Source of the DNA: a candidate division WOR-1 bacterium RIFOXYB2_FULL_37_13 | GTDB lineage: Bacteria > Margulisbacteria > WOR-1 > XYC2-FULL-46-14 > XYC2-FULL-37-10 | Length of the DNA: 64,000 bases | Reading direction: 5' to 3' | Assembly: GCA_001771535.1 (NCBI GenBank) | Contig: MEUB01000036.1 | Span: 842-64,841 of the forward strand | In this document: piece by piece, positions 9,867 through 20,988 of the stretch | Layout: each line of letters opens with the position of its first letter | Numbering within the stretch: position 1 is the stretch's first letter | Position numbers and translations under genes: made by a program | The notes under the pieces: generated by a model | Database searches by the model: none | Told to the model about the DNA's origin: nothing | Seen by the model: the letters and a program-made list of their open reading frames with translations, nothing else

Positions 9867-10148
9867 TTATATAACATTATCAAAATGTCCAGGTGGCTGA
9901 AAAGTTTGAGTCTCTTTTGTTGAAATGTCAGGCGGATTGTAAAAAACATTATCAGCAACTTTAGTAATATTGGGCGATTGCAAGAAAGCCAAAGAAGCGT
10001 CAAATTGAGTTTGTAAGTCTTTCATTGTGCCAAGAAACGTCATGGGAGGCGCTTCTTCCCCGCCAACTTCATTATCAAGATTATTTGGAATTGTTTTCCC
10101 AACATAATCAATACTGTTAAAAGAAACATTATTAATTGCAGGAAACAT
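9867..10148 (-). CDS. hypothetical protein
   Basis: ORF only; no recognisable motif. Confidence 0.35.
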   Translation of the reverse strand: MFPAINNVSFNSIDYVGKTIPNNLDNEVGGEEAPPMTFLGTMKDLQTQFDASLAFLQSPNITKVADNVFYNPPDISTKETQTFQPPGHFDNVI

Positions 10149-10220
10149 AATTTCCCTCTTTAGCAGATGGCAATCTATTGAACTATATATTTAATCGGAA
10201 TAAAGAATAATATTCTTGCA

Positions 10221-11498
10221 TCAATAAACAGCAGAAATTGCATCAATGCCAAGATAAGGCTTTAAAATTTGAGGGATAAGAACCGCACCATCTTCTCTTT
10301 GGCAGTTTTCCAAAATTGCCGCAAATGTCCTTCCAACGGCAAGACCTGAACCATTTAAAGTATGAACATATTCAGGCTTTGATCCCGCATCTTTCTTGAA
10401 TTTAATGCCAGCCCGGCGAGCCTGAAAATCCTCAAAATTTGAACAGGATGAAATCTCTCTATATCTTCCCTCAGACGGGAACCATACTTCTATGTCATAT
10501 GTCCTGGCAGAAGAAAAGCCCAAATCTCCCGTACAAAGTTCAACAACTCTGTATGGAAGGTTTAATTTTTGCAAGATCATTTCGGCATTTTTTGTCAAAG
10601 ATTCCAATTCATCGTAAGATTTCGCAGGATCGGTAAATTTCACCAGCTCCACTTTATTAAACTGATGCTGGCGGATTATTCCTTTTGTATCTTTGCCATA
10701 AGAACCGGCTTCTCTTCTGAAACATGGAGAATAAGAACAATATTTTATAGGTAACTTTTTGTAGTCAATAATTTCGTCTCTGTGTAAATTCGTAACAGAA
10801 ACCTCCGCGGTGGGAATAAGATAAAAATCATCGCTGCATTTAAAAAGATCTTCTTCAAATTTGGGTAATTGACCTGTCCCCAGCAAAGAATGCGCCTTGA
10901 CCAAAACCGGAGCCAAAACTTCTTCATAGCCATTTTCTTTGGTATGAACATCAATCATAAAACTAATTAAAGCCCTCTCTAGCGCAGCTCCCAATTTATG
11001 ATAAACAACAAAACGAGCTCCCGACAATTTAACTGCTTCTTTAAAATTAAGGATACCCAAAGCCACGCCTATTTCATCATGAGCTTTTGGTTTAAAAGAA
11101 AAGCTGGGAATATTTCCCCATTTACGAATTTCTTTGTTTGATGATTCATCTTTACCTACAGGCACAGAACTAAAAGGAATATTTGGAATTTGAAAAAGAA
11201 TTTGGTTTAATTCAACTTCAATAGCTCCTAAATCTTCTTCAATTTTCTTTATCTCATCACCTATCAACCTCGTCTTTTCAAGTAAATCATCCGCAGCTTT
11301 CCCCTCCTTCTTCAGTTTGCCTACTTCTTTTGAATTTTCGTTGCGTTGTTTTTTTAAGGTCTCTGCTTTAAAGACTGCTTCCCTCCATTTTTTATCAATA
11401 ACAGCAACCTTGTCTATTAAAGATGTGTCAAATTGGCGATTTTTAAGAGCAGACATTACCTTTTTCGGGTTTTCACGCAAAAGTTTTGAGTCAAGCAT
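10221..11498 (-). CDS. serS: seryl-tRNA synthetase
   Basis: N-terminal coiled-coil [11 protein letters not shown], class II motifs ([16 protein letters not shown]). Confidence 0.9.
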   Translation of the reverse strand: MLDSKLLRENPKKVMSALKNRQFDTSLIDKVAVIDKKWREAVFKAETLKKQRNENSKEVGKLKKEGKAADDLLEKTRLIGDEIKKIEEDLGAIEVELNQILFQIPNIPFSSVPVGKDESSNKEIRKWGNIPSFSFKPKAHDEIGVALGILNFKEAVKLSGARFVVYHKLGAALERALISFMIDVHTKENGYEEVLAPVLVKAHSLLGTGQLPKFEEDLFKCSDDFYLIPTAEVSVTNLHRDEIIDYKKLPIKYCSYSPCFRREAGSYGKDTKGIIRQHQFNKVELVKFTDPAKSYDELESLTKNAEMILQKLNLPYRVVELCTGDLGFSSARTYDIEVWFPSEGRYREISSCSNFEDFQARRAGIKFKKDAGSKPEYVHTLNGSGLAVGRTFAAILENCQREDGAVLIPQILKPYLGIDAISAVY

Positions 11499-11504
11499 AA
11501 AAAT

Positions 11505-11533
11505 AGTATACCTTATTGAAAATTCGAGGTCAA
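11505..11533 (-). promoter_or_regulatory. TTGACC-17-TATACT promoter ending 6 nt upstream of the serS ATG (leaderless-type)
   Basis: read from the reverse complement of 11499..11533. Confidence 0.5.
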
Positions 11534-11540
11534 AGAAAAT

Positions 11541-12017
11541 TTAAACTTTTTTATGTATCAAGGCAACCGCATATGCGGCGATTCCTTCTTTTTGCCCCGT
11601 AAACCCCATCCCCTCTTCGGTCTTGCCTTTAATATTGATCCTGCTTGTTTCTATTTCAAGAATTCCTGATAAAATTTCACACATTTTAGAAACATAAAGC
11701 TTGAGCTTGGGTTCTTCACAAACAACAGTTGAATCAATGTTGCTTATCATATAACCATTATCACTAATTTTTCTCACAACTGTTGATAACAGCTCAAGGC
11801 TTGAGATATCTTTATACTTTGGATCGGTATCCGGGAAAAAGTCCCCAATACTACCCAAACCCATCGCACCAATTAAAGCATCGATAATAGCATGAGTTAA
11901 AACATCGGCATCGGAATGTCCAAGTAACCCTTTTTTATGAGGGATTTCAACCCCTCCCAAAATAAGTTTGCGGTCATTTACAAGCTTATGAGCATCGTAG
12001 CCTATCCCTATTCGCAT
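11541..12017 (-). CDS. ispF: 2-C-methyl-D-erythritol 2,4-cyclodiphosphate synthase
   Basis: [21 protein letters not shown] motif set of IspF. Confidence 0.9.
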   Translation of the reverse strand: MRIGIGYDAHKLVNDRKLILGGVEIPHKKGLLGHSDADVLTHAIIDALIGAMGLGSIGDFFPDTDPKYKDISSLELLSTVVRKISDNGYMISNIDSTVVCEEPKLKLYVSKMCEILSGILEIETSRINIKGKTEEGMGFTGQKEGIAAYAVALIHKKV

Positions 12018-13201
12018 TTAACCCTCACAAATTTTCTTTTACCCACTTGAATCACTTTTTCTGACGTTAAATCAATAACGGTTTTTTCATCGTTTAAAAC
12101 TTTTTCGGAAACTTTTACCCCACCTTGTTTTATAAGGCGCTTAGCTTCACCATTTGATTCAGCCAATCCCGATTCTACGATAATTTTCACAATATCAATA
12201 TTTTTCTCTTTAAACGTCTTCAAAACAATATCCGTCGGCAAATTTTTATTAGAAAATACTTTCTCAAATTCTTTTTGAGCTTTTGTCGCATCATTTTCAG
12301 AATAGAACCTTGCAACAATTATTTTCGCAAGACGTTTCTTTGCTTCCATGGGATGCATTGTTTTAACTTCATCCAAAGAGATATCTGTTAAAAGTTCATA
12401 ATATTTAAGCATTAGTGTATCCGATATAGAAAGCACCTTTCCAAAAATTTCGGAAGGCGGCTCTGTGACTCCAATGTAGTTACCTAGCGATTTGCTCATT
12501 TTCTGAACACCGTCTAATCCCTCAAGAATTGGCATTGTTAAAACAACTTGAGATTTTTTGCCATATTCTCTTTGAAGCTGCCTGCCAACAATCATATTAA
12601 ACTTTTGGTCAGTACCACCAACTTCAACATCAGCATCAAGGACAACGGAATCATATCCTTGCATAAGCGGGTAACTAAATTCATGAACAGCTATCGATTG
12701 TTCGTTTTTGAATCTTTTTTCAAAATCGTCCCTTTCAAGCATTCTCGCGACAGTATATTTGCTTGAAAGCTTGATTGAATCTTCAAAGCTCATTTTTTTG
12801 AACCATTCACTATTGTAAACAACTTTTGTTTTTGATTTGTCTAGTATTTTAAAAACTTGAGACTGATAAGTTTTCGCGTTTTTTTCTATATCTTCTTTTG
12901 ATAAAGGCTTTCTTGTCTCAGATTTTCCGGTAGGATCTCCTATCATCGCGGTAAAATCACCGATTAAAAAAACAACTTCATGACCTAAGTCTTGGAATTG
13001 TTTTAGTTTATTTAAAACAACTGTATGGCCCAAATGAATATCAGGAGCAGAAGGATCGGCACCAAACTTTATACGAAGCGGTCTGTTTTCTTTGAGCTTT
13101 TCTACAAGCGCATTTTCCGGGATAAGCTCAACAATCCCCTTTTTTATTATTTTTAATTGACTATCAATTGAATGTTTCATTAAACTTTTAAATTTTAACA
13201 T
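12008..13201 (-). CDS. tyrS: tyrosyl-tRNA synthetase
   Basis: HIGH-type motif (PDIHLGH), KMSKS motif, C-terminal S4 domain; overlaps ispF by 10 bp. Confidence 0.9.
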   Translation of the reverse strand: MLKFKSLMKHSIDSQLKIIKKGIVELIPENALVEKLKENRPLRIKFGADPSAPDIHLGHTVVLNKLKQFQDLGHEVVFLIGDFTAMIGDPTGKSETRKPLSKEDIEKNAKTYQSQVFKILDKSKTKVVYNSEWFKKMSFEDSIKLSSKYTVARMLERDDFEKRFKNEQSIAVHEFSYPLMQGYDSVVLDADVEVGGTDQKFNMIVGRQLQREYGKKSQVVLTMPILEGLDGVQKMSKSLGNYIGVTEPPSEIFGKVLSISDTLMLKYYELLTDISLDEVKTMHPMEAKKRLAKIIVARFYSENDATKAQKEFEKVFSNKNLPTDIVLKTFKEKNIDIVKIIVESGLAESNGEAKRLIKQGGVKVSEKVLNDEKTVIDLTSEKVIQVGKRKFVRVKCE

Positions 13202-13239
13202 ATTTAATGAAAGAAATAAAAGATATCATTTATTTATAA

Positions 13240-16200
13240 CTAAAGGTTAATTTCAACATTGCCGGATAATTCAGAAGTTTTATAGCTCGGAAAGGTACTG
13301 ATTTCCGATTCAGCGCGAACTGCTACATGCAAAAAACTGTAAAAATCATACTTCCCCCTCAAGCTTAAATTAGTCTTTTCGGAATTTGTTCCGACATAAG
13401 ATTTGGCATATGAATAGTTTCCATCCAACCTGAATTGCCCCGGCAAAGAAAAGGTAAATCCGGCACCTGGAGCAAGAGTATATGTGTCTCTATTATCCGC
13501 AAGCAGAAAATTTGTAAGTTGTGAATAAGAATAAGAAGCATTTAATGCCAAAAAACTATTAATATTTAATATCCCTTTAAGGGATATCGTTTGAGTTAAC
13601 AGATTTTGGGCATTATCGAAAGATTCTTCCGTCCCTGTTTTTGAAATCTGGTAAGAGTAATTGCTGTCAATAGCAAATTTTTCGGTAAGGGGGGTTTTGA
13701 TTACCGCGGTTAGTCCCCTGTTTTGGATATTATTTTTTTGATAAGCCGCCGCCTCTGAAGTGGAAGTTAGTATCAAGGAAACCCTATCTTCTTTTGTATA
13801 GTCAAATTCACAGGAAAGAAAATTAAGAGGGGCTGTTTTTATTGAATAAATCGCGGTAGTTGAGTCTTCCACGTTTTGGTTCCTTAAATAGGAAGGGAAA
13901 TCGGTCTTATCAATATTAAAACCGTTTACCGTTTGCAAAGAATAACCTAAAACAGTCGAATTAAATATAAACCAATTAGACTCAATTTGATTGGTCAAAT
14001 TGCTGTAAGCTGGCCTTTGTGTCCTAGTTAATAAAGTCATATTGGGTCTGTAATAATATCGCAGCCTCAAATTACTGAAAGGATTTATCTCAAAACGCAA
14101 AGAACCTTCTTCTTTGCGAACTCCTTCCTCTGTCACTCCAAATGTCTCTTTTAAAGAACTTACCGCATATTGTCCGTCTGTTTTTAAAAATCCAAACAAT
14201 TGCGCCTTATAAGAAAAATCACTGACTTGCGTTATTCCATCTTTTGTATCATCAATATAGTTCAAAGAACCCGCAAGCATGTATTCCCTCGTGGGGGAAG
14301 CCGATAATTTCAAGATATATGTCTTTTTATAGGAATCATTATCATTAAAGGTGCCATCTGTCTCTCTTAATTCCACATTACCGGAGGCCAAGAATTTTTC
14401 CTGAGGTGCTAAAGATATTCCCGCATTTAAAGTTTTGTAAACAATAGTTTCTTCAGTCGGAGTTCTGCTAAGCCTCTTTTCTTTATCTCCCGTTACAGCG
14501 GCTTGAAATATTCCCATATCATGCCTTATTTGCAAAGAATCTTTAATCGTTAAACGATCGATCGGGGTTCCTGAAACAGGATCATTGCTTTCCAGTATTT
14601 CCTTGTAAATATATTCAAAAGAAGGATATGCGGGTTGGGAAAGCCTTACCCTTCCCATCTTATCAACTGTCTTATACCTTGTTTCTTCCTGCAAATAATC
14701 TGAGTTGGAAAACGAGCCTTCCGCCAGCAACACAGAATTAGGCTGAAAACTGAGCAAAGTTAAATATTCCGTTAAATCCTGCCTTGGCTTAGCATCTCCA
14801 ACTGCGGCAAAATTCAATCCTACTCTTTTGAATTTTCCTCTAAGATTAAAAGGGCCAAAGGCAGACACAGCATCAAGTTTTGCGGCGCGCCCAATATCTT
14901 TTAAGTCCGGATCTGATAGTAATTTATTTTTCTTCTGAGAATATGCGACCTCTCCCTGCATATTAATTAAATCCTGATAAGCAAAAGCACCATCCGCCCC
15001 AATAATTAAATGGCTTTGAGGCTCTATGGACGCGCTTTGAGCAATATTTGCGGCATTATTTAAGCTATCCAGATCATTTATGTATGTTGCTCCGATTTTA
15101 AGGTTGGGCAAAGGATAAAGTTTTCCGCGAAGAGCATAAGTTGAATGCTGATAAATAGTCTCCCTAAAATCATAATGTATGCTTATGATCGACTCTTTCG
15201 GAATTGTTTTATTTTTAAAGGTTATAGTTCCTGCCTGATAATCTATATCATAATCATTTCCTCGTTTTTGTGAAATGCCGTTAACTTCAACTCTTTCCGA
15301 ATCTATAACAACAGGGAAAAAACCGAGATTATAAGGGCCTTGAGTTCCATTGCCATACATCTTTATAAATTTGGATTCACCTTTTGGAGCAGCGGCAAGC
15401 ATTTTAAATCCCCATTTGTCATATTCACCCTCAACCCTGACACCGGACAAAACATTATTAATAGAAGAAAATTCAAGATCATCCATTTTCGGAGTATAAT
15501 TGCCAAGGTATGCTTCTGTTGACCCATTCTTTAACAAAATACTGACATTTTCTTCTCTTGAAGAGACTTCGTTAATGCCTAAAACTGAAGAAGAAAAAAA
15601 GGTCGCATCTATATCGGTGTCCTGCAATTTGCCGGCGATGCTGACGCGCAAAGATTCTTCACGGCTAACTCCGGGCAAAAACCCTTCTTTTGTCCCTTCA
15701 ATGTTTTTTGACGAGAAAGAAAAAACACGGTCTCCGCTAATAAGTAATGGAGAAGAACCCTGTTGCGTCAAAGTCTCACTTTCTTTTTCCTTTAAAGTAA
15801 AAAGCGTTGGTTGCCCTTCTATTTGAGACTTTTTTGATAAAGTATCTGACAGAACAGATTCTTCCGGCCCAAAAACCGACATAACATCTTTTACTGTTAC
15901 CTCATCCTCCTTTTTTGCTCCCGATTTGAGAACCTCTTTTATTTCAGTATCAATAGGGAACGCACGATACCACATTTTTCCGACAAAAAGCTTTTCTGCC
16001 TTTTTAGAAGGAGATGGAATGCTAAAAAATTGAAGGAATTTATTATAAGCTGATATATTTTCGATTTCTGTCTTGTATTTGATATGGATAGATAAAAGCC
16101 TCCATCCATAAGGAGGTTTTTTGCTGGCAACAAACTTTCCAACCCATTTTTTGCCTTTTTCCTCGAGTTTTATTTTTTCTCCATTACTTAAGGATAGCCA

Positions 16201-16443
16201 AACTTCATTGGCAGCCAAATCGGTTGCAACCCTAACCTGTGTCTCCTGTCCAATAATAAGAGGATAAACAGGTTGAAAGTTTATTGAAAAGTGAGAAGAG
16301 GAATATTCTTCTTTAAAAGGAATATCCCTAAGGTCGGCAAAAGCAAATGAGCCGCATAAAAGGACAAAAAAACCCGTCAATAAGGCCTTTTTTAAAACTC
16401 TTATAATTACACAACTATTTATTGAAAATAAACTACTGGTCAT
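13240..16443 (-). CDS. large secreted/surface protein of unknown function (1067 aa)
   Basis: N-terminal signal peptide (LLTGFFVLLCGSFAFA), beta-rich Ser/Thr/Asn-rich sequence. Confidence 0.55.
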   Translation of the reverse strand: MTSSLFSINSCVIIRVLKKALLTGFFVLLCGSFAFADLRDIPFKEEYSSSHFSINFQPVYPLIIGQETQVRVATDLAANEVWLSLSNGEKIKLEEKGKKWVGKFVASKKPPYGWRLLSIHIKYKTEIENISAYNKFLQFFSIPSPSKKAEKLFVGKMWYRAFPIDTEIKEVLKSGAKKEDEVTVKDVMSVFGPEESVLSDTLSKKSQIEGQPTLFTLKEKESETLTQQGSSPLLISGDRVFSFSSKNIEGTKEGFLPGVSREESLRVSIAGKLQDTDIDATFFSSSVLGINEVSSREENVSILLKNGSTEAYLGNYTPKMDDLEFSSINNVLSGVRVEGEYDKWGFKMLAAAPKGESKFIKMYGNGTQGPYNLGFFPVVIDSERVEVNGISQKRGNDYDIDYQAGTITFKNKTIPKESIISIHYDFRETIYQHSTYALRGKLYPLPNLKIGATYINDLDSLNNAANIAQSASIEPQSHLIIGADGAFAYQDLINMQGEVAYSQKKNKLLSDPDLKDIGRAAKLDAVSAFGPFNLRGKFKRVGLNFAAVGDAKPRQDLTEYLTLLSFQPNSVLLAEGSFSNSDYLQEETRYKTVDKMGRVRLSQPAYPSFEYIYKEILESNDPVSGTPIDRLTIKDSLQIRHDMGIFQAAVTGDKEKRLSRTPTEETIVYKTLNAGISLAPQEKFLASGNVELRETDGTFNDNDSYKKTYILKLSASPTREYMLAGSLNYIDDTKDGITQVSDFSYKAQLFGFLKTDGQYAVSSLKETFGVTEEGVRKEEGSLRFEINPFSNLRLRYYYRPNMTLLTRTQRPAYSNLTNQIESNWFIFNSTVLGYSLQTVNGFNIDKTDFPSYLRNQNVEDSTTAIYSIKTAPLNFLSCEFDYTKEDRVSLILTSTSEAAAYQKNNIQNRGLTAVIKTPLTEKFAIDSNYSYQISKTGTEESFDNAQNLLTQTISLKGILNINSFLALNASYSYSQLTNFLLADNRDTYTLAPGAGFTFSLPGQFRLDGNYSYAKSYVGTNSEKTNLSLRGKYDFYSFLHVAVRAESEISTFPSYKTSELSGNVEINL

Positions 16444-16475
16444 TTAAAACATGATGTGGTTTTTATTTGGATCAG

Positions 16476-17468
16476 TTAATTATCAGAAGAAAAAATCTTT
16501 AATTTCACTATTCTTTGGTTGTCTGTATCAGCAATATAAATTTCACCGTTTTTGGAAACAGTAATTCCTGTCGGGTTATTAAGCTCCCCTTTTTTATATC
16601 CACGCGCGCCAAAGGAATATAAAAATCTGCCCATTTTATCAAACATCTGCACGCGGTTATTTCTGGAATCAGCAACATAAATATATTTATTGTCTATTGC
16701 GATTCCCTTGGGAGCGTTAAATTCCCCCTTCTCTTTTCCAGCCTTTCCAAAAGAAAAAACGGGCTTCCCATATTCGTCAATTTTTTGGATCCTGTTATTC
16801 CCAGTATCTACAACATAGATTGATCCATCTTGGTCAACAACCACATCAAAGGGGGAATCAAAAAAACCATCACCCCGCCCAAAGCCTCCTATAACTTCTA
16901 CAAAATTCCCCATACTGTCAAATTTTTGGATCCTGTCATTGCCTGAATCAGCAACATAAACATGTCCTGAAGTATCAAGTGCCAACCCTTTTGGATAGAT
17001 AAATTGGCCGTTTTGCTTGCCATAATCGCCAAATTCAAGAACAGGGTTTCCCCTTATATCAAATTTTTGGATCCTGTTGTTTTCCTGATCTGCCACATAA
17101 ATGTAAAAATTGAAATCCACAACAATACCTGACGGGATATTAAATTGGCCGCTTGACGAGCCAAACTTGCCAAATTGATAAGAGAAAATGCCATTACGCT
17201 GCAGTCTTTGAATCCGATTATTGCCTGTGTCTGCGACAAAAAGATCCCCGAGCTGAGTCTCAATATCTCCAACAAAAGAGATATAAACATCCTGCGGAAA
17301 ATAGAATTGTCCGTCTCCTGATCCGGGAAAACCGATTTCATCCACATAAACAATCTCTACCTTATCAGTATGAGACAACGTTGCATTATCCAAAGTGGGT
17401 GCAATACCAAGAGAATATACAGGTAAAACCAAAAAACTCATGAAAATAAAAGCAAACAGATTTCTCAT
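16476..17468 (-). CDS. NHL repeat beta-propeller protein, secreted
   Basis: signal peptide plus six repeats of the YVAD-x-NNRIQKFD type. Confidence 0.75.
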   Translation of the reverse strand: MRNLFAFIFMSFLVLPVYSLGIAPTLDNATLSHTDKVEIVYVDEIGFPGSGDGQFYFPQDVYISFVGDIETQLGDLFVADTGNNRIQRLQRNGIFSYQFGKFGSSSGQFNIPSGIVVDFNFYIYVADQENNRIQKFDIRGNPVLEFGDYGKQNGQFIYPKGLALDTSGHVYVADSGNDRIQKFDSMGNFVEVIGGFGRGDGFFDSPFDVVVDQDGSIYVVDTGNNRIQKIDEYGKPVFSFGKAGKEKGEFNAPKGIAIDNKYIYVADSRNNRVQMFDKMGRFLYSFGARGYKKGELNNPTGITVSKNGEIYIADTDNQRIVKLKIFSSDN

Positions 17469-17512
17469 TAACGTTATTTTACCTCTTATGACAGGAAGGT
17501 TGCAACAACATA

Positions 17513-17800
17513 TTATAGGCAGCAGAGGGCGGTAGAAACAGCGCCTTCAATTGAATTAAAAAAACTTTTCAATAAAGGTTTTATATGCGGTTCAGTTTTG
17601 AATTCAGAAAAAATGAAAATATGCTCTTTAAGTTCTAATATAACAGATCTGGCATCTTCCGCGGAATGAGTAATTGATATTTTTGATATTTCTGTAATAA
17701 CCCTATCTTCCAATTCAAACAAATGTTCGGGTTTACTTATTTTAAGCTCTTTTAAAAACTTTACAAACCCTTCTGTCAAACTCTTGTTTTTGGAATTCAT
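17513..17800 (-). CDS. hypothetical protein
   Basis: ORF only. Confidence 0.4.
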   Translation of the reverse strand: MNSKNKSLTEGFVKFLKELKISKPEHLFELEDRVITEISKISITHSAEDARSVILELKEHIFIFSEFKTEPHIKPLLKSFFNSIEGAVSTALCCL

Positions 17801-17862
17801 AATTCTCTCCTTGTTTCCTACATATATATCGTAAAAAACAAGCGAGAATTTCGGTTTTTTTA

Positions 17863-19215
17863 TTACTCAATACACGGAAGATTTTTTAGTGCCTCTTCAA
17901 CGCTTTCTTTAGGATATTCGTAATCTGTTAGTTTCCCTGAAAGATAGGCTTCATAAGAAGCAAGGTCAAAGTTTCCATGACCTGATAAATTAAATACAAT
18001 AACCTTTTCGCCTCCGGTTTTTGCTTCCTCAATTGCCGCCTTAATAGCATGACTGCTTTCAGGCGCAGGGAGGATTCCTTCCGCTTTTGCAAAAAGCACG
18101 GCCGCTTCAAAACATTCTGTTTGATGATAAGCTTTTGCTTCAACTATTTTGTCTTTTACTAAATTTGCAAGAAGCGGAGCTGTTCCATGATAACGAAGTC
18201 CCCCTGCATGAATTCCAGGAGGCATAAAAGAATGTCCAAGAGTATACATTTTAACAAGAGGGGTCAGCCCTACCGTATCACCAAAATCATATCTAAAGTC
18301 TCCCTTTGTAAGACTTGGGCAGGACATCGGTTCTACTGCTATAAGTTTCATGTCAGGATTCGCATATTTATCTTTTAAAAAAGGAAGAGCAATCCCTGCA
18401 AAGTTAGAGCCTCCACCAACACAGGCAATTATAGCGTCCACTTTCTTTTCGCCTGCAAGCTTAAGTTGTTCTTTGGTTTCCAACCCAATTACGGTTTGAT
18501 GAAGCAATACATGATTTAAAACGCTTCCAAGAGTATATTTGGCGCTAGGATCAGAGACCGCGACTTCAACAGCTTCTGATATAGCAATGCCCAAACTTCC
18601 CAAAGAATTTGCGTCAGCTTCAAGGATTTTTCTTCCCGAATTTGTAAGATTTGAAGGAGATGCATGAACGGTAGCCCCCCACACTTGCATTAAATTCTTA
18701 CGATAAGGCTTTTGCTGATAGCTTACCTTTACCATAAAAACTTCGCAAACAAGTCCGAAAATATTACAGGCAAAAGATAACGCAGAACCCCACTGTCCTG
18801 CACCTGTTTCAGTTGTTAATTTTTTTACGCCTTCCTGCTTATTGTAATAGGCTTGAGGAATTGCCGTGTTAACTTTATGCGAACCCGCAGGAGAAAGACT
18901 TTCGTTTTTATAGTAAATGCGTGCTTTGGTCTTTAATGCCTTTTCCAAATTATATGCGCGATGAAGAGGAGACGGTCTCCATAGTTTATAAATTTCGAGA
19001 ACATCATTAGGAATTTCAATCCAAGGTTCGGGAGACATCTCCTGTTTTATAAGCTCCATGGGAAATAGCAGTGCCAAATCCGCAGGTCCTATTGGCTGAT
19101 GTGTCCCTGGATGAAGCGGAGGCGCAAGAGGAGTTTTTAAATCCGGCAGTGCGTTATACCATCTTTTTGGAATCTCATCCTCACGAAGCACTATTCTATA
19201 TTTATCTGACATCAT
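17863..19215 (-). CDS. trpB: tryptophan synthase beta chain, TrpB2 type (start trimmed to the MMSDKY Met; the listed ORF begins at an upstream TTG inside a repeat tract)
   Basis: long TrpB2-type N-terminus ([10 protein letters not shown]...), PLP lysine motif [18 protein letters not shown]; RBS-like AAAGGGGGA precedes the ATG at 19213-19215. Confidence 0.8.
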   Translation of the reverse strand: MMSDKYRIVLREDEIPKRWYNALPDLKTPLAPPLHPGTHQPIGPADLALLFPMELIKQEMSPEPWIEIPNDVLEIYKLWRPSPLHRAYNLEKALKTKARIYYKNESLSPAGSHKVNTAIPQAYYNKQEGVKKLTTETGAGQWGSALSFACNIFGLVCEVFMVKVSYQQKPYRKNLMQVWGATVHASPSNLTNSGRKILEADANSLGSLGIAISEAVEVAVSDPSAKYTLGSVLNHVLLHQTVIGLETKEQLKLAGEKKVDAIIACVGGGSNFAGIALPFLKDKYANPDMKLIAVEPMSCPSLTKGDFRYDFGDTVGLTPLVKMYTLGHSFMPPGIHAGGLRYHGTAPLLANLVKDKIVEAKAYHQTECFEAAVLFAKAEGILPAPESSHAIKAAIEEAKTGGEKVIVFNLSGHGNFDLASYEAYLSGKLTDYEYPKESVEEALKNLPCIE

Positions 19216-19237
19216 GTCCCCCTTTAAAAAAATACAT

Positions 19238-20038
19238 TCATTGGAAATTGGACATTGGAAATTGGAAATTGTTCCCAAACATCTCTCTCATCTTACCCAA
19301 TACATCTTCACTTTTCAACAAGCTCTCCCCTATTAGGACGGCAGAAAAGCCGGCAGACTTGAGTTCGTCTATTTGAGATTTCTCGCTTATACCGCTTTCA
19401 GAGACCAAAATCCTTGATTTGAGTTCTGGGAATTTATCCAGCAATTTTAAAGAATTATTAAAATCGACTTTTAGAGTATCAAGGTTCCTGTTGTTTATTC
19501 CTACAATATCACAATTTAAAGACAATGCTTTTTCAATATCATATTCATCGTGAGTTTCAAGAAGGACTTGGAGCCCAAGCTCTTTAGCTTTTTCAAGGAA
19601 TCTTGAAAGATCAGGCAATTCTAAAATCCTAGCAATAAGCAGAATTGCATCAGCCCCTGCAATGCGCGATTCTGTTATTTGAAGTTCATCTATTATAAAA
19701 TCTTTGCGGAAAACAGGAAGTTTTACCGCGGCTCTTACCTGTTTTAGAAAGCCTATTTCACCTTGAAAATATGTTTTGTCGGTAAGAACAGATATTGCAA
19801 AGGCACCTGAAGATTCGTACTGTTTGGCAATTGAAACGGGATCAAAGTTTTTGACAATAATACCAGCGGAAGGAGAGGCTTTTTTGATTTCGGCAATAAG
19901 GGAAATTTTATTTTCTTGATTGATGGAAGACTTAAAGTCCCGCAAGTTAGGATCAAACTCCGTCTTAGCTGTTGCCAATCTTTCTTTTAAAGCTTCGATC
20001 TCTTTTCTTTTAGTTAAAATTATTTCATCGAGGATCAT
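19238..20038 (-). CDS. trpC: indole-3-glycerol phosphate synthase; the C-terminal ~11 codons are encoded by the heptanucleotide repeat tract
   Basis: [22 protein letters not shown] motifs of TrpC. Confidence 0.8.
   Translation of the reverse strand: MILDEIILTKRKEIEALKERLATAKTEFDPNLRDFKSSINQENKISLIAEIKKASPSAGIIVKNFDPVSIAKQYESSGAFAISVLTDKTYFQGEIGFLKQVRAAVKLPVFRKDFIIDELQITESRIAGADAILLIARILELPDLSRFLEKAKELGLQVLLETHDEYDIEKALSLNCDIVGINNRNLDTLKVDFNNSLKLLDKFPELKSRILVSESGISEKSQIDELKSAGFSAVLIGESLLKSEDVLGKMREMFGNNFQFPMSNFQ
19241..19271 (-). repeat. heptanucleotide tandem repeat (TTGGAMA)x4.5 on the plus strand, i.e. (TKTCCAA)n on the gene strand, at the trpC 3' end / trpB 5' leader
   Basis: ttggaaa ttggaca ttggaaa ttggaaa ttg read directly. 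Confidence 0.85.
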
Positions 20039-20111
20039 TTAAGGCTATTATAATCAACTTCTTAGCTTGCGTCCATCTCTTATGAAGTTTATAATATATT
20101 AGAGGTGTTTT

Positions 20112-20477
20112 ATGTCAACTTTAGCAGATTATAAAAAGTTTTGGTCAAGAAAATTCAAAGAAGACGAAAAAGCAAAAAAGAAGAAAATAAAACTTTTTAA
20201 GCAGCTTGCATCTGATGCAGCAAATATTTTAATAAAAGATTTTAAAGCCAAAAAGGTTTATCTCTTTGGATCAACTTTGGATGAAAAAATCTTTCATGAA
20301 AAATCAGACATAGATTTGGCAGTTGAAGGATTAAATCCTAAAATACATTTTTCCGCATTATCTGAAATAAAAAAACTGCTTTTTAAAAAAGCAAATGTAG
20401 ATCTTGTCCCTATGGAAGATGCATCGGAAGCACTTAAAGCATTAATTTTCAAAAAGGGAGAAATCTTATATGGCTAA
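20112..20477 (+). CDS. nucleotidyltransferase domain protein (MNT-type, minimal NTase)
   Basis: LFGS...SDIDLAV signature (GS-x9-13-DxD); 8-bp overlap with a downstream HEPN-like partner. Confidence 0.65.
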   Translation: MSTLADYKKFWSRKFKEDEKAKKKKIKLFKQLASDAANILIKDFKAKKVYLFGSTLDEKIFHEKSDIDLAVEGLNPKIHFSALSEIKKLLFKKANVDLVPMEDASEALKALIFKKGEILYG

Positions 20478-20943
20478 ATTTGAAGGACTGATTATAGATA
20501 TAGATTTAGAACTTCAAAATCTTGATCGATTAACTATGGAGCTTGGTCAAACAACACAAGAGATAAAAGAGATTCCGGATTATACGCAGATAAGAGCTAT
20601 TGGCAGTATTTTACATGATTTTTATACAGGACTTGAGAAAATTTTTGAAAGAATCGCGTTAACCATAGATGGAGGAGTTCCTGAAGGTGATGATTGGCAT
20701 ATTCAACTTTTACGCCGAATGCTTGCCAATATTCCAGACCGCAGACCTGCCTTATTTACAAAAAATGTTGGAGAGTCTTTAGGCGAATATCTTAGCTTTA
20801 GACATCTTTTTAGAAATATTTATGGTTTTGAATTAAAATGGGAGCGTATGAGTCCTCTTGTTGAAAAATTCCCTTCTGTTTTCAAAGAAGTTGAATCTCA
20901 ACTTATGAAGTTTATAAACTTCATATCAGAAATACAAAATTAA
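20470..20943 (+). CDS. HEPN domain / nucleotidyltransferase substrate-binding (HI0074-like) partner protein
   Basis: helical ~157-aa protein immediately downstream of the MNT gene with 8-bp overlap; R-x-x-x-x-H-like segment (FRHLFRN). Confidence 0.45.
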   Translation: MAKFEGLIIDIDLELQNLDRLTMELGQTTQEIKEIPDYTQIRAIGSILHDFYTGLEKIFERIALTIDGGVPEGDDWHIQLLRRMLANIPDRRPALFTKNVGESLGEYLSFRHLFRNIYGFELKWERMSPLVEKFPSVFKEVESQLMKFINFISEIQN

Positions 20944-20988
20944 GTATAAGAATCCTCATTCACTTAATACCTTTTTTAAAAAATAACC

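Noticed and set aside
13240-16443. LptD or BamA identity for the 1067-aa envelope protein
   Set aside because: No POTRA-like N-terminus or C-terminal aromatic barrel signature recognisable. Not adjacent to lptFG.
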